Below are positions 46,401-57,924 of a stretch of 64,000 bases of DNA, piece after piece. A model generated the notes under the pieces. The model had not been told where the DNA came from and did not search any database. It saw only the letters and a program-made list of their open reading frames with translations. The translations under genes were made by a program, and so were the position numbers. Each line of letters opens with the position of its first letter. Within the stretch, counting starts at the first letter, position 1. This stretch comes from Schizochytrium sp. TIO01 (taxonomy: Eukaryota > Protista > Bigyra: Labyrinthulomycetes), in assembly GCA_004764695.1 (NCBI GenBank), contig SMSO01000035.1:4104040-4168039 (forward strand), written 5' to 3'.

Positions 46401-46779
46401 ATTTGCCGCTGATTGGTGGTCTCTGGGTATTCTTTTGATTGAGTTATGCACTGGAACGACACCATTTGCAGACATGAACGAACCCACAATGTATGCTTCA
46501 ATTACTTCAAGTGAGTTTGTGGAGAAAACGCTCCTTGCTATGAGCTCTGTTATGGAGCCGCCTTGCTTGAAATTATTGAAGTCACTACTCGTCAAAGATC
46601 CAGAGAGTCGTCTCATTTTCGGACATGAGGATGAACTGGACAAGGTATCTTTCTTGGGGCGAACAAAGCTTCGGGAATCTCCATTTGAAACGCAAGCACG
46701 GAAAATTGCTGCAAATCTAATGGGTGCTGTAGAATCATCATTTTCGTCATCTGATTCAAATGAACAGAAGGAAAGGTAA
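43492..46779 (+). CDS. PP2C phosphatase + two cyclic-nucleotide-binding domains + degenerate AGC-type kinase domain
   Basis: PP2C motifs NQD, FFGVFDGHG, SGTT, NVGDSR, FTRSLGD, LASDGV and DDIT. CNB cassettes FGELALMYNKPRAAT and FGERALINKAPRAAN. Kinase C-lobe CGTPEYMAPE and DWWSLG. N-terminal MGC acylation motif. Confidence 0.93.
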   Translation: MGCSASVQSVPSAATLEKNSPTAASKRALAQIRKIDKTAPRKRLEDKGSFQLRVQNTKVNLPFAYVSQTGYYPDELDKANQDSLVVRENLGSKNNELAFFGVFDGHGKTGDLCSNFVRMELWENLENDEKFREGEYYQALVNAHVRTNEEMHEQERMQTFSDMMSGTTAISALFEGDKLFVSNVGDSRAIAIVEHDDRLVSVPLSIDQTPFRKDERERVKECGARVLTMAQIEGLQDPEMDDYGDEEDNDGDPPRLWCHQGNYPGTAFTRSLGDRVAESIGVHAIPEILERQLTTSDQYILLASDGVFEFITSQGVVDIFSRFEHDLLNAARAIVAEAYRQWLQFETRTDDITCIIIDVRGIGRDQVKIDELLKRKGSFGVEFLAQEIRSQLHKHVSGEDIHGLQDPKYLSKISENPDPSKLVHLASFRLDQATSLEPKAVTETARSEQEATSHFTQSFMSMELRPVRRKVANNVGVLHFDPSELEGYEMPIYEKSSDEREDLEEALRTNYMFAHLSDEQRSKAVSAMEKIEVTAGQVVIKQFDKGDKFYVAASGRYAVEVSVNKMTEDMTGKMVPIEGEYEEPREIMEYNCDGDGFFQSFGELALMYNKPRAATITARTDGVLWALERKAFHSVLMRDSAHRLVKVLRKVQAFKSLTYNEVARLTDLLTELRFKEGEYIVRQGDLGDSFYVIKKGRAKVTIDSEDGEEKEVMRLAEYEYFGERALINKAPRAANVVATEDVVCLMIRKELFDEVLGRLQNVLADDARQREAAAERYHNVSSLKDLKVFPGSFPIHYSTIFRAAVRATVGERANKVQFVSLRRIVVPKTDEEEDAKAQLANELELLSKVAKPTLLAQFCNEENPDITYHVYQQEFVADLASVVAERSFDSTSAMLRFSIKSIAMGLVQLQQHRGILSRGITPEGILMDVNGQLVISDFRYAKLTAGSRTFSACGTPEYMAPEVILGSGHGFAADWWSLGILLIELCTGTTPFADMNEPTMYASITSSEFVEKTLLAMSSVMEPPCLKLLKSLLVKDPESRLIFGHEDELDKVSFLGRTKLRESPFETQARKIAANLMGAVESSFSSSDSNEQKER

Positions 46780-47479
46780 TTTCTCAAGCTTTGTTTCAAC
46801 TTTGTGCATCTCCCCAAGTTTCATTTCTTCATGCTATTGTTTTAATCAACATGACGTCATGAGAACGGTGATACAGAAAAAAAAAAAAAATCAATTTAAT
46901 GCTTCATGCAAATAAACTTTTGATAAAGTAGGTAAATATAAATATTTCTAATATAGTTTTGCTTTCAAGATGCACTGGAGGGTTGGCTCTTACGAACTGT
47001 ATGGCTTCCTTCAGTTTAAAAACAAGAGCTCGCCATGGTAGTCCTCTTTGATCCGACTACTTACTAGTAGGTAGGTATAGCTACCTAGATATTCATTTTG
47101 CTTTGTACTTTTCAGAGAGATCTCCGTTTGTTTCTTCTTTGCTTTCTGAGACAACCATTACCCACTTTAAAAATCGCACTATACATCACAAGAACTAATA
47201 TTGTTAACCTATTTCATCTGGCACATACGGAGTTTTGATAGTACTTTCTTCCTCTCTATATAGGGCAAGTGAGACCGTTCTGTGGCTTTCTGCTAATGTG
47301 TCTTTCGCTTCTCTTTTTTGCCATCTCCAAGGTAGTGTCGCTTGTCCCATCCTCCATAGCCCCCCCCCTCTTGTCATGCTCCTCGCAGTCTCACTAACGT
47401 AGTGCCTCTTCCCACTTATTCTTAAAGTATCACATTTACGCTACTGCGCGAACACACGAAAACGATTTATATTGTCCAC

Positions 47480-48614
47480 ATTACTACTACCCGTCAACGA
47501 TAACTGCCAGAGCTTCTTGTTCCTCTTCATCTCGCTCTTGCTATTGTTGTTGTTGTTGTTGTTGTCAAGCTAGACTGCCACTCCTACTACCCGTCACTTG
47601 CTTGTCGCACGCAGCCAGCCTTCAACGATGGTTCCGAATGTAATTTCCTGTCGCTGTGGTTGTTCCTTTGCTGCCTGCATAATTTACAGAAAAGGCCCAT
47701 GGTTCGCGGTCATCGTCGCTGGACTTTCTTAGGTGTTGTCTCCGCTTCTTTCGCATCCTTTTGCACTACGATTAAGGCAGCCATGTTGGCTAGCATGCAC
47801 CCAAACCGCTGAGTACGAGAGTTGACTTTGCCTGCCTTTAGCGAATTGTGGAGCCACACCATACATTCTTAGGGTATCCAAACAAGGCAAGATGACAAGC
47901 ACGCAAGCAAGACTTCCAACACAGCAATCGCCGGGTCCTTCAGAGGGTGTCACTCAAGGTTGCTAGATGCCTGGCAAACGTGCTGATTCTTGCGCTTTGG
48001 CCACGGACTCTCATTGTTTCCTACAGGAGAGAAGAAGCTCAATCGAGGCCTTCTAAGGAAGACCCAATGCTCTGCAAATTGAATTTGGTTGCTGGATACT
48101 GGCACCGTCGCAAAGTCCCTCGACGAAGGGCTTATTATCAACGATCATCTGCGATATCATGAGCTTACCTAGCTCATTTCCAGAGAACTACTCGATGATA
48201 ACACATTTCAACGCTGCTAATCTTCGATGACGTTGATCCGGACGTTGACGCCAGTCCACCGCATTGTTGACGCAGCAGTTTCAATCGCTATTGGGTGAGC
48301 CGCAACATGCTCAGTTGCAAGGCAACGTTTGTTTGGCGCTCTACGATGCGTTCGAGAGCGGTCTCAGTGAATATCCTCAGTATAATAGCTGTACTAAAGG
48401 CGGAGAAGCGCCGCGTTTCTTCTGCCTTCAGGCAGGCACACGCTAGAATAGAGTTCTTCCTCCTCGTCGAGCTCGCCGGACCGGACAAGCTGGAAGCCTG
48501 ACCCAAGGCCAAGGCTGCTCGCAGGCGATAGGCCAACGCGACCACGCGGCCGATGAGCGTGTCTACTGCAGCGTTCGCACGGATTTGCAGACGGAGGATT
48601 CCAGTTCTAGGCAC
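47480..48614 (-). pseudogene. Probable decayed protein-coding remnant
   Basis: Protein-like segments broken by stops and frameshifts: ETALERIVERQTNVALQLSMLRLTQ*RLKLLRQQ; ISQMIVDNKPFVEGLCDG...ALGLP*KASIELLLSCRKQ*; EITFGTIVEGWLRATSK*; QQQQQQ*QERDEEEQEALAVIVDG*. Confidence 0.35.
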
Positions 48615-51024
48615 TGCTTTAGTTCTCGATTCACATTTTCTTTTTATTTAGACTTTTTAGCATAACGAGAAAAGAACTCGAAGAGCAGAAAAAGCGAAAA
48701 GGCGAAAAAGAAAAAAAGGTTTTCCGAATGTTGGAAAATACTGAGCAAAAGTATCGCATTTGTACGATGCAAAACTTTATTTAATGCCGTTTTTCCAAAG
48801 TTCTGGTAGCACTAATGCTATGTATTTATTGCGGTTGGCGCTGTGTATCTCACTCTCTGAGCTCTGACCAGGAGCAAGTTAAGCCGTTCCATTACTTTTT
48901 GTGATTTGTATCTTATATGTTTTGTTTTATATAAAACACGCAGAACTTTTCAAGTTGATTAATCTTTAATGGTAAAAAAGGAAAGCAAAAGCCGTGTATC
49001 ATTCATAAAAGAAATCTTTAAACTAGTAGGAGTAGTTATGCCCTTCCTACTTCCTTTCTCCTCCCACAGAAAGTGACAGTGCTCTTTTATAGGCAGAGAA
49101 ACAATAAAAGACCTTTCGAGATATGGTGGTATTCGGAAAAGCCAAAATGAAGCAGCAGGTATTTAGCAGAGCGTCAAAATAACCCATCAAAGCAGTTCTA
49201 TGAGCATTTGGGAGAAAGCAGAGTCGTTGTCTTCTTCTGTTAATGCGTCTCTAATTTCCGGTTCGTGAGAATGTTTTCGTAGCTAGTTATCCCTTGAACT
49301 TACTGTGCCTTATTTACTCACCTAAAATTTATTTGTTCATAAAATCATTTGAAAAGTTGGTTATTCATACATGACATGATAACTTTAACCACAACTACAA
49401 AAAGACGAACAAAAATCATACGTAGTGCCAAGGATAGAGCAGCCTTGTTTAGCTCACGATGGAGGAGGTTCCTGATTGTATAATCGCCATGATATCTGCA
49501 TAGCATGACAGCATACAGGGCCTTACTATAATGATTGTGCCTTCTTCTTCGCGAGCTGACCTTTCCGCAGATCCTGCGTAACAAACTGAGGGAAGAAAAC
49601 CTCATTGACAACAGAACAAACAACCACCCCCCCTTTTTATAATAAATATACATATTCTTTAAAAAAAAAAAAAAAATTAAGTTATATATATATATTTTTT
49701 TTTTAATTAAAAATAATGTTTAAAATAACTTTTTGATGGAAAGAAATAAGGAAAAGAAAAACAAGCTGTGCATCAAAGCAAATGATGCATACAGGCACGT
49801 CAAATCTGGCGTTGATATCCATCGCTTCGGCCCATACCCGCCTCAAATACGTCGCAGGAAATAGGCAAATCAACAGAGGCCCACTCCTTTCCCTTCCTCG
49901 TATTTCCTTGAGCTCGTCCTCGATCTCCAGCCCGCAATAAATTCCTGGATCCCTTGTGAATTCTTCGAGCGCTCACGATTTCGATCCCGGCGTTTTTCTT
50001 TTACCTTCTCACTTGTTCGCTACTCCTAGTCCGCTCTTAGACGTTTACCGTAGCACCCCCAATTCCCACCGCGGCGAGCCTGCCACGTGCCCTGCTCCCG
50101 CAAAAGAGAACGACTCCGCGCGATAGTATGGAGGAACACCGGCGCTGGGGAAGAACAGGAATGAACGTTCTGGTCCTCACAGGAGAACCTACATCCCCTC
50201 CTTTTCAAGCTGCCCCTCCTCTCCCCACTGGGGTTTCCGGATTCAGTGGCGCTGGGTGGGGAGCGCGATCCCCGGTGCACGAATTTATCGATAGAGCCTC
50301 CCTGTTTTCCCGCAGAAGGCCTCTCGCTCCCTCACGCTGCCACTGAGAGGCGCCCGGCAGGAGACCACGCGCATGGGTCCACTCGAGGACCCTCGCGGGG
50401 TTTGCCAAAAACGCAGTTCGCTCCCCGCGGTAGGGGCTCTTAGCCGCTCGATAGGAGTTCCCGGAGCCCAGAGACGGCGAGGAAATCAGTCGATTGTAAA
50501 AGAAAAAGAAAAAGAAAAAAGAAAAAGAAGGAAAAAAGAAGAAAGAGCTGTCTTTGTGGAAACGCCGCTTCGGAGGCGCTAAATCGTCTCTTTTAAGCGT
50601 GGGCCCTTCGCCTCTTCGGCCCTTTTAGCCTCTCTTTGGCGCCTATCGCCCTTACTCTCCGGCGTTAATAGGGGTCCTGAGACCCTTCTCTCTCCTGAGC
50701 AGAAAGAAGCACGGCGACCTTGTTTTCTTGTTTTGCGACCTGGTCCTCGGGGCGGGCCGATACACCAGGTTTGATGCGAATGGCACCAAAGGTGTGTTGC
50801 TAAGGATTATTTGAAAGAGGTTGAACTCATTAATAACGGAGCAGGGGTTATGCAGATGTGTGAAATGGTGTTTCTTTAGCAAGCACGCAAGCAAGCAGTT
50901 TGTGAATGTGGATTAGATACGAGTTTAAGCAGGAGATTGCAGTGCGGTGCGAGTGAGGAAGAAAGGAATACGGGAAGAAAGGAGAAAGGAAAGAGTCTAA
51001 ATAAATGAATATGTAATGAGTATA

Positions 51025-51140
51025 TAAACAAACAAACAGACAAAGACAAAGAAACAAACAAAGAAACAAACAAAGAAACAAACAAAGAAACAAACAAATA
51101 AACAAAGAAGAAAAAAAAAAAAACAAAAAAAAAAACATCA
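51025..51140 (+). repeat. A-rich minisatellite (ACAAAGAAACAA)n running into poly-A
   Basis: About four 12-bp units visible at ~51046-51095. Confidence 0.85.
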
Positions 51141-53904
51141 ATTATTCTACAAATGAATTAGACGACCAATCGAAGAATCGAAGAAAGAAAGAACGAAGAC
51201 AGATAAATAAACTACACTTGAAGCAAGCGAGCAAACACCAACGCAGGCTGCCTCCCCCTCCAGGCCGGCCGGAATCCCCATGGATTAAAGAGGAGGCCAC
51301 GCGTAGCCAATAACCATTTCTGGGCTGCGAGCGCTGTGCTCAAAGCCTTTGTTTGTGACAATGCGCTGCGTTCACTCTTTTTTTTCTTCTTCTTCTTTTT
51401 CGATCAAAAGCTCAAAAAGCAAAGAGAAAGAAAGTAAACAGAGAAAGAAATAAAAGAAAAGAGAAAGAGAGAGAGAGAGAGTTGAACCCACTATTATGTT
51501 CCATTTGTTCACTTCGGTAGAACAGGTAGTACCCACTTATTGCCCAGTAGACACTGCGCGCTGTGGCGTTCTATGGCGTTCTGTGGCGTTCTGTTCTGCC
51601 GGACTTTGGATTCTTTCTTTCAAGACTAAAAGAAAGTGCTCGAAGGGAAAAGTGCGACGACTCCTACGAACTCTGAGCGCACCTGCGGAGAGGCCGTTGA
51701 TTGAGCGTGGCGTGGCTTAGGTTGCGGCGGAGATGGCTGCGAAGGTCGCCGAAGTGGATGCTCTGAGGAAGGCAGCTAATTTCAGGCGATGTGCTGCGTT
51801 GGCTCAAGCTTGCATTGCACAAAGCACAAGTGACTGCAAGCTAGCGAAAGCATTTCATTTTCGCTCTTTCCTGCTGAATTGATTTATTATTATTATTTAA
51901 TTATTATTATAAAGTAATAAAATAAGTATGAAATTGAAAATAATGGAGATTAGCAGGTACTAGAAGGCTTAATTTCTTGTGCAGGATCTTTGTCGTTTCC
52001 AAGAAGCGGCTGTAATTCATTGAGATGTTTGTGGGAAGGCATGTCCGGACCTTAAGTTTGGCGTCTCCGAGAACTCTCTTGAAGCCAACGAGACTGGGGC
52101 GTTCTGCTTTAGCTTAGCTTAGCAGGTTTTCAGAGGCTCAAGCCGGATTTGCCATAAGCTTTGTTCAGTAATCAAAGATCTTAGCACACACATGCATACA
52201 CCAGTAGGTGGCCAGGTACACACTTGAAGAGAATACCATTGAAAACAATATCACGTTCATAGCTGTATTGCGATATTGCCGTATTCAATTTGTGGTACAT
52301 CAGTAACCGCTTTCCAATTGATCCTAAGGTGGTAATTCATTTAACATCATGGTAGCTTCGCCCTGTTTCAAGTCAGAAATGATTGAATTTGTTAACTATT
52401 GATGTGTTTAGTGTACTACTGTAAAACTGAGATTGCCAGTAGCACATTCAAGTACACCACTATCTTTCGATTAATTTCAAGGTGGGTGCTAAACCGTGTT
52501 GCTATCTGGACTATAATGGCTGCCACATGGATGCCTCTCTCCTGGAGTGCACTATGAGTTTTAATCGGCACTAAAATAGTCATTCGCAGGGATCACACTG
52601 CACAACAATGATTAATCACGTGCATGCATACTCAAATATTATTGCGACAGCCGAGATTACGCCTGTGTTAATTTTATAAAGACATTTGACTTGTACTCTA
52701 TAATTCTTTAATATCATTTTTACAAGCCGATCGTTTCTGAGTTTTCATAGGTGGTCGCTTGGCCATCATTACGAGGATGATGATGGCGGTAATATTGCTT
52801 GTTGATTCCCACAATTTTAAGATTATGGCCAATTACTCTAGCAGGAGTCTATATCAGGGGAGCAGCAAGTTTCTAACCTGCATATAGCATACAACACATG
52901 CTTCAAATACAAGAAAGAAGAGACTAATTTCAATATCCCATACAGACTTCATAACATATCTTGAGCCTGTAAGATGCATCTCATTCCTGCAGTTTCGCCT
53001 TCGAAACTGTTCAAAAATGAGGCCACAGCTTGATTATATATAAACCTTTCGATACTCTTGGCTTGCTACGTACATTACAACGATCCCTACTTAATTTTTC
53101 AACGTACCAACAAAAATGAATTTAGAAGCTTAATCTCTTCGCCTTCGTCGCATCTGAGGCCTCTTTGAGTCAGGTCCAGTGAGACGGAGAATATGAATTG
53201 CAAATGCTACTACCGCTATCAACAGGGCACAGCACCATAAAAGACTTCGCCATTCGAGGAAGTAAATCAATTAAAAAAAATACAAATATTAATTGTAAAG
53301 TCATATTAATCGATGAATCGAAGAAATGGACTCCACATAATAAACTCGCGCTCTTGATTCTGTGCATGGAGGGTGGTCCAGAAGAGGTACGCGGGCTGCT
53401 TCGGGTTACTGCCGGACTAAGCGAGCACACACCGTTTCGACCCGTGAGCCTGCTCAGGCTGGGCTAGTTGGACTGGATGGATCCTTTTCTTGGATCAATT
53501 TCATCTTTTGCTGCTGTATATATAATATATAAACTTTTGTTAAAATTAAAACAAAAGTTTTTGGTATGAATATGAATGCGACAAAGTACTATTTGCTCAT
53601 AAAATCTTCATCTAACCAATGAAAGCAACCATTTGTATAAGATTGTGCAGCGGGTACCTAGAAGGCGAATCAAAATGAGAAAGATTGCAGCTAGGCTGGC
53701 TTCCTTCGAGCTGGTGTTTAAGTTGCACCCGACCATCATTTTCACTCGCAGATGGCTCTTGTCAAAATGCGACAGCACAAATTCTGGGAGGATATGCTCA
53801 ACAATGCTGCAAGACATATGTTATTTTGAGGGGATTGCAACGTCGTATTTGCAAAACTTGATGTGCATTTTGTTGGGGTCTTTGGTGCTTCTCTAGAGTT
53901 TCAA

Positions 53905-53990
53905 CTTTTGCAGCTTTTGCAGTATTTGCAGCTCTTACATTATTTGCAGTATTTGCAGTATTTGCAGCTTTTGCAGCTTTTGCAGCGTTT
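53905..53990 (+). repeat. 9-bp tandem repeat TTTGCAG(CT/TA), 8 copies with one interruption
   Basis: ttttgcagcttttgcagtatttgcagc...tatttgcagtatttgcagtatttgcagcttttgcagcttttgcagc. Confidence 0.9.
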
Positions 53991-56900
53991 CTTGAGATTG
54001 ACCAGAAGCTTTCAATTGGTCAAAAAAAACATCAAATGATCCATGAAGACAGCACCTATGCTGAGGGTAATACGTTGATTTTCCTGCCAATATTCCATTC
54101 AAGCTACGCAAGTTCTGGAGTGAAAAGCAGTAGCGGAAGGAGGGGTTTTACTCCCATGGACTGACTCGTATTCACCCAGTAATCGCAAGCAAGCGCGCAA
54201 TAAAAGGAAGAAGCGCATTGTTTGTTCTACCAGTTGCAGACCGCCCATCTACTATGAGCTATACGTGCTCACACTATGGAGTATACATACGTAAAGTAGA
54301 ACAAATGGCATACGCACTATGAGTCGGTAAAAACTGCTCGTCGTGTTTTTTGTTTTTGTTTTTGTTTTTGTTTCTGTATTTAAATAGAATAATAATAATG
54401 AATCATTATAAGCAAATTAATAATATTTTCAGATGTGTTATATGTTCACATTGATAATTTATATATTTTACCTTTTTGCTCTTTATTTTAAAATTGAAAA
54501 GTATCTAGTACTTTTATTTGCCAGCGGTGAAAGTAAAATATAACAAATGGAAAGAAAAGGAAAGGAAAGAAGAGAATGTTCGTACCGTATTTCAGATATC
54601 GATCAGCTAAGAAGCAGAAGAAAAGAAAGAATAGGAAGGGAGGAACATACCTTGGATTGGACTCTCCTTTCGTTTCTTCTTTATATTTATTTATATATTC
54701 ATTTATATGTTTATTGAGAATGTTTATACCAAATTCAATTAAAAAAATAAAAAATTAGAATAGATATAATAATGTTTCTAAGCCTTCGCAGCAGTATCAG
54801 TTGCAGGTCTTCTTTTCTGAAAGACGTCAAAGCGCGCATTGCAGTTGGGAGCTTACGAATTGATCAATATCTGTATAGATTTGCGAAAACTGGCTGCGCC
54901 AGGAGAGGCAGCCAACGGCAACTACCCAGCCTCCTTCAACCGAGATTAACTGAAGGCAGACAGCGAATTCACGCCATAAAGGAGGACGACTCTGGGCATT
55001 CTTGCTGTTATTTTCGAGCTATCTGCCAGTACATACAAACAAACACCTATTAAGACGAGCTTTCGCAATCAATGACAAATCGCAGAGACTGGTAGATTGA
55101 GGGACCACGTGGAGAAATGAAAATGAAACACCAGCAGAAATTGACTCGTTTTGATTCGATCTCGTTGGTTAAAGCTGCCAAAATGCTTTAGCTTCTCGTC
55201 AAGACACATGCATGCCTTCGCTTAGCTTGAATGCGCCGGTATTCCTTGTCAAGTTGCCGATTTGCAAGAATTTAAGGAAACCTCAATTCACATGCAGCGA
55301 TGTAAGAAACTGACTTTGAAGAAGCTCCACATGAACGGTAGAAGACATCTCGAGCGTGCAGGTTTTGACATCTATGCAAGATCTGATGAAAAACCTTGAG
55401 CATCTTGCAATTGAATACCTGTGTTTGTAGGGTGATTACATTCGAGCTAAGCTATTACGAAATAGAAATGGTTATCAAATTTGCATTGAGAGCGGTCCCT
55501 TTTCAAAGAGCAGGGAGATATGAGAGATCGCAAGCAAATTCGCTGCCTGGTGAAAATAAATGTCAGTTGGTCAGCGATAGGAGCCACTCGGGCTTGACTT
55601 TCCAAAAGGCAATCAATTGCATCTAACTCGCTAGCCAGCTGGCACTTTTCGAGCAGCTTGAAGTTGGGCTTGGCGTCATCTTCTCGCCTCATTTGTGCCT
55701 GAAGATGACAGGTTTCACCCAACGAAATTGGGTTCGAGGTTTAAGAAAAAAGCCCTTTAATTTTTTATAATTTATTTTTTAATCTTCCCAAGAATTTCGA
55801 TTAAAACTTGCAAATTATAAGAAATAGAATCCTAAACAGCGCCAAACAAAGGGTTTTTAATGTAGGTACGTACGATGTCTAAGCTTGAGAACACCCGAGC
55901 AGCGACCAGGTTTCACAACTGGACTGCCCTCAAAGCCCCTGCTTTCGGCTGGAAAGTAGTACTTACTACCCTCAATTGCCGTCGCTGTGCCTGGCACAGA
56001 GCAATCAGGTTGTGCAGAAAGCTTTTTATGTTTCGTAGGCATCACAGAAGTAGAAGAAACTTGATTTCTTTCTCGATCGTATTACTTCTGCAAAGTCTTC
56101 ACAAGAAGAGGCTCTTCTGTAGCGCTGCGTAGGTAAGGCGTAGAGAGGTAAAGTGATTGAATTACTTAGTTAGTGTTCTCTCAATTTCATAATTCGTGTA
56201 TATGGATGAATAGATTTCTTTCTTTCTTTCTTTCTTTCTTTCTTTCATTCATTCATTCATTCTTCTTTAATTCGCTCGCTCGCTCGCTCATTCGTTCGCC
56301 TGAAGCAAAAATCCACTTCCGTCGACCTCGAGGCTGAGGAGAGCACGTATGGGGAAACGATGGCTCTCGAGGTCTTCAAAGCGGCCTCCGCTCGTGCGTT
56401 CATGGCTGAGCGTTATTAGTTCACAGGAACGCGCGAAAGAATCAATCTGAGGCGAGATCGAAACGAAGTCGGAAAGTTGAATCAAATGAAATGATTCCAA
56501 GTTGTTAAAAAATAAAAATAAAAAAAAATAACAACAATTATTTACTGATTGTTGTTATTTTTAATCTGTTTACTACTACAGAAGGCGAGAGAGGAAGAGA
56601 GTTTTGCAAGAGGTATTTTAAAGTGAATCAAATCAAAAGTGAACAGCGTGCAAATCCACTATAGACTTTGCTTGCAATGTGGCAGTGCTCGTGTGAACGA
56701 ACACCAAATGGAGCATTCCCTTGCATGGCAGTCGAAAATGAAAATACGTACGCATATGCTGGGAACAGACTCAGATATCTGCACAATCTTAACTAACGCA
56801 ACTCAAGATGGGTCTTAGGTGTGCGAAGCTTGGTTCTTTCAAAAGTCAAGAAAAGGAAAAACATGTTATTTCAACTTTAATTTAATTTTAAAGCAAACAT

Positions 56901-57092
56901 TGATCATTGCGTGCATGTTAAAGAGATAGTGAAAAAGATAAGAAGTTGAAAATGAAGTACATCTAAGCACGAAGAACCTTCCATAGAAAAAATACTTAAG
57001 AAGAAGAAGAAGAATTCGTACTGCAATACATACGTGTTCACATACGTATACTGTCTATAAATCTATAAATAGAACAGAAGAAAGAAAGAAAG

Positions 57093-57230
57093 AATTTAGA
57101 AATAAATAAAGAAATAAATTTAGAAATAAATAAATAAATAAATTTAGAAATAAATAAAGAAATAAATTTAGAAATAAATAAATAAATAAATTTAGAAAGA
57201 AAGAAATAAATTTAGAAAGAAAGAAGAAAG
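57093..57230 (+). repeat. 24-bp minisatellite with core AATTTAGAAA (alternating variants, 48-bp higher order)
   Basis: Core starts at 57093, 57117, 57141, 57165, 57189 and 57209. Confidence 0.92.
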
Positions 57231-57660
57231 CAGACGCGAGACGGCATTCGCGAGGCGGCTCGGCGGCCGTCTGCGCGAGTCCGAGCGAGCGAGCAGAGCC
57301 AGCGAGGGAGCGGCGAGGCCCTCCCGCCCGGCGCACAGCCCCGCGGCCACCCGTCCTTCCCCGGAGGCCCCAGAGGCACGCCCCGCGGCCCCCATCGCGC
57401 ATTCGATTCCGCGCTTTTCTTAGTGCCGCCTTTTCAACCCTCGTAATCTTCCCATATCACCGCATTGCAATCCCAGCCAGCCAGCCAGCTAGCTCCGCAG
57501 CCAGCAAGCCAGCAAGCCAGGAAGGCATCCCAGACGCAGGCCGGCGGCCGAGCGGCGAGACCAGCAGCGCACGGGCGCCTCCGCCTCCGCCGCGCAGCGC
57601 AGCCTCAGGAGGAGAGCAGCCCATCAGAGCGGCGACGAAGTCGAGAAGGGAACGCCCCTT

Positions 57661-57720
57661 GGGAACAGAACGTTCTTTGTTTTTGAGAACGGTGAACGTT
57701 CCGGTGGGAGAGAACGTTCT
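57661..57720 (+). promoter_or_regulatory. Cluster of three GAACGTTC palindromes (heat-shock-element-like nGAAnnTTCn) upstream of the CCCH gene
   Basis: GAACGTTC at 57668-57675, 57694-57701 and 57712-57719, with extra GAAC half-sites, ~200 bp before ATG 57925. Confidence 0.45.
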
Positions 57721-57747
57721 GCGGAGCGAGTGTTTGAGTGTTTGATT

Positions 57748-57800
57748 TGTTTATTGATTGATTGATTGATTGATCGATTGATTGATTGATTGATTGATTG
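57748..57800 (+). repeat. (GATT)n microsatellite
   Basis: attgattgattgattgattgatcgattgattgattgattgattgattg. Confidence 0.9.
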
Positions 57801-57924
57801 AATTGTTGATATTATTGTCTGTGTTGCTATTATAAGTGGATAGTGGAAAGAAGGAAGCAAAGCAGGCGAATCGAAGCAGAAGAGTCAGGCAGGGGGCATC
57901 AGAGTCGATAAAGGCGAGGGCTTG

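Noticed and set aside
57093-57230. Regularly spaced repeats resembling a CRISPR array
   Set aside because: No unique spacers, low-complexity A/T units, no cas genes, eukaryotic context.
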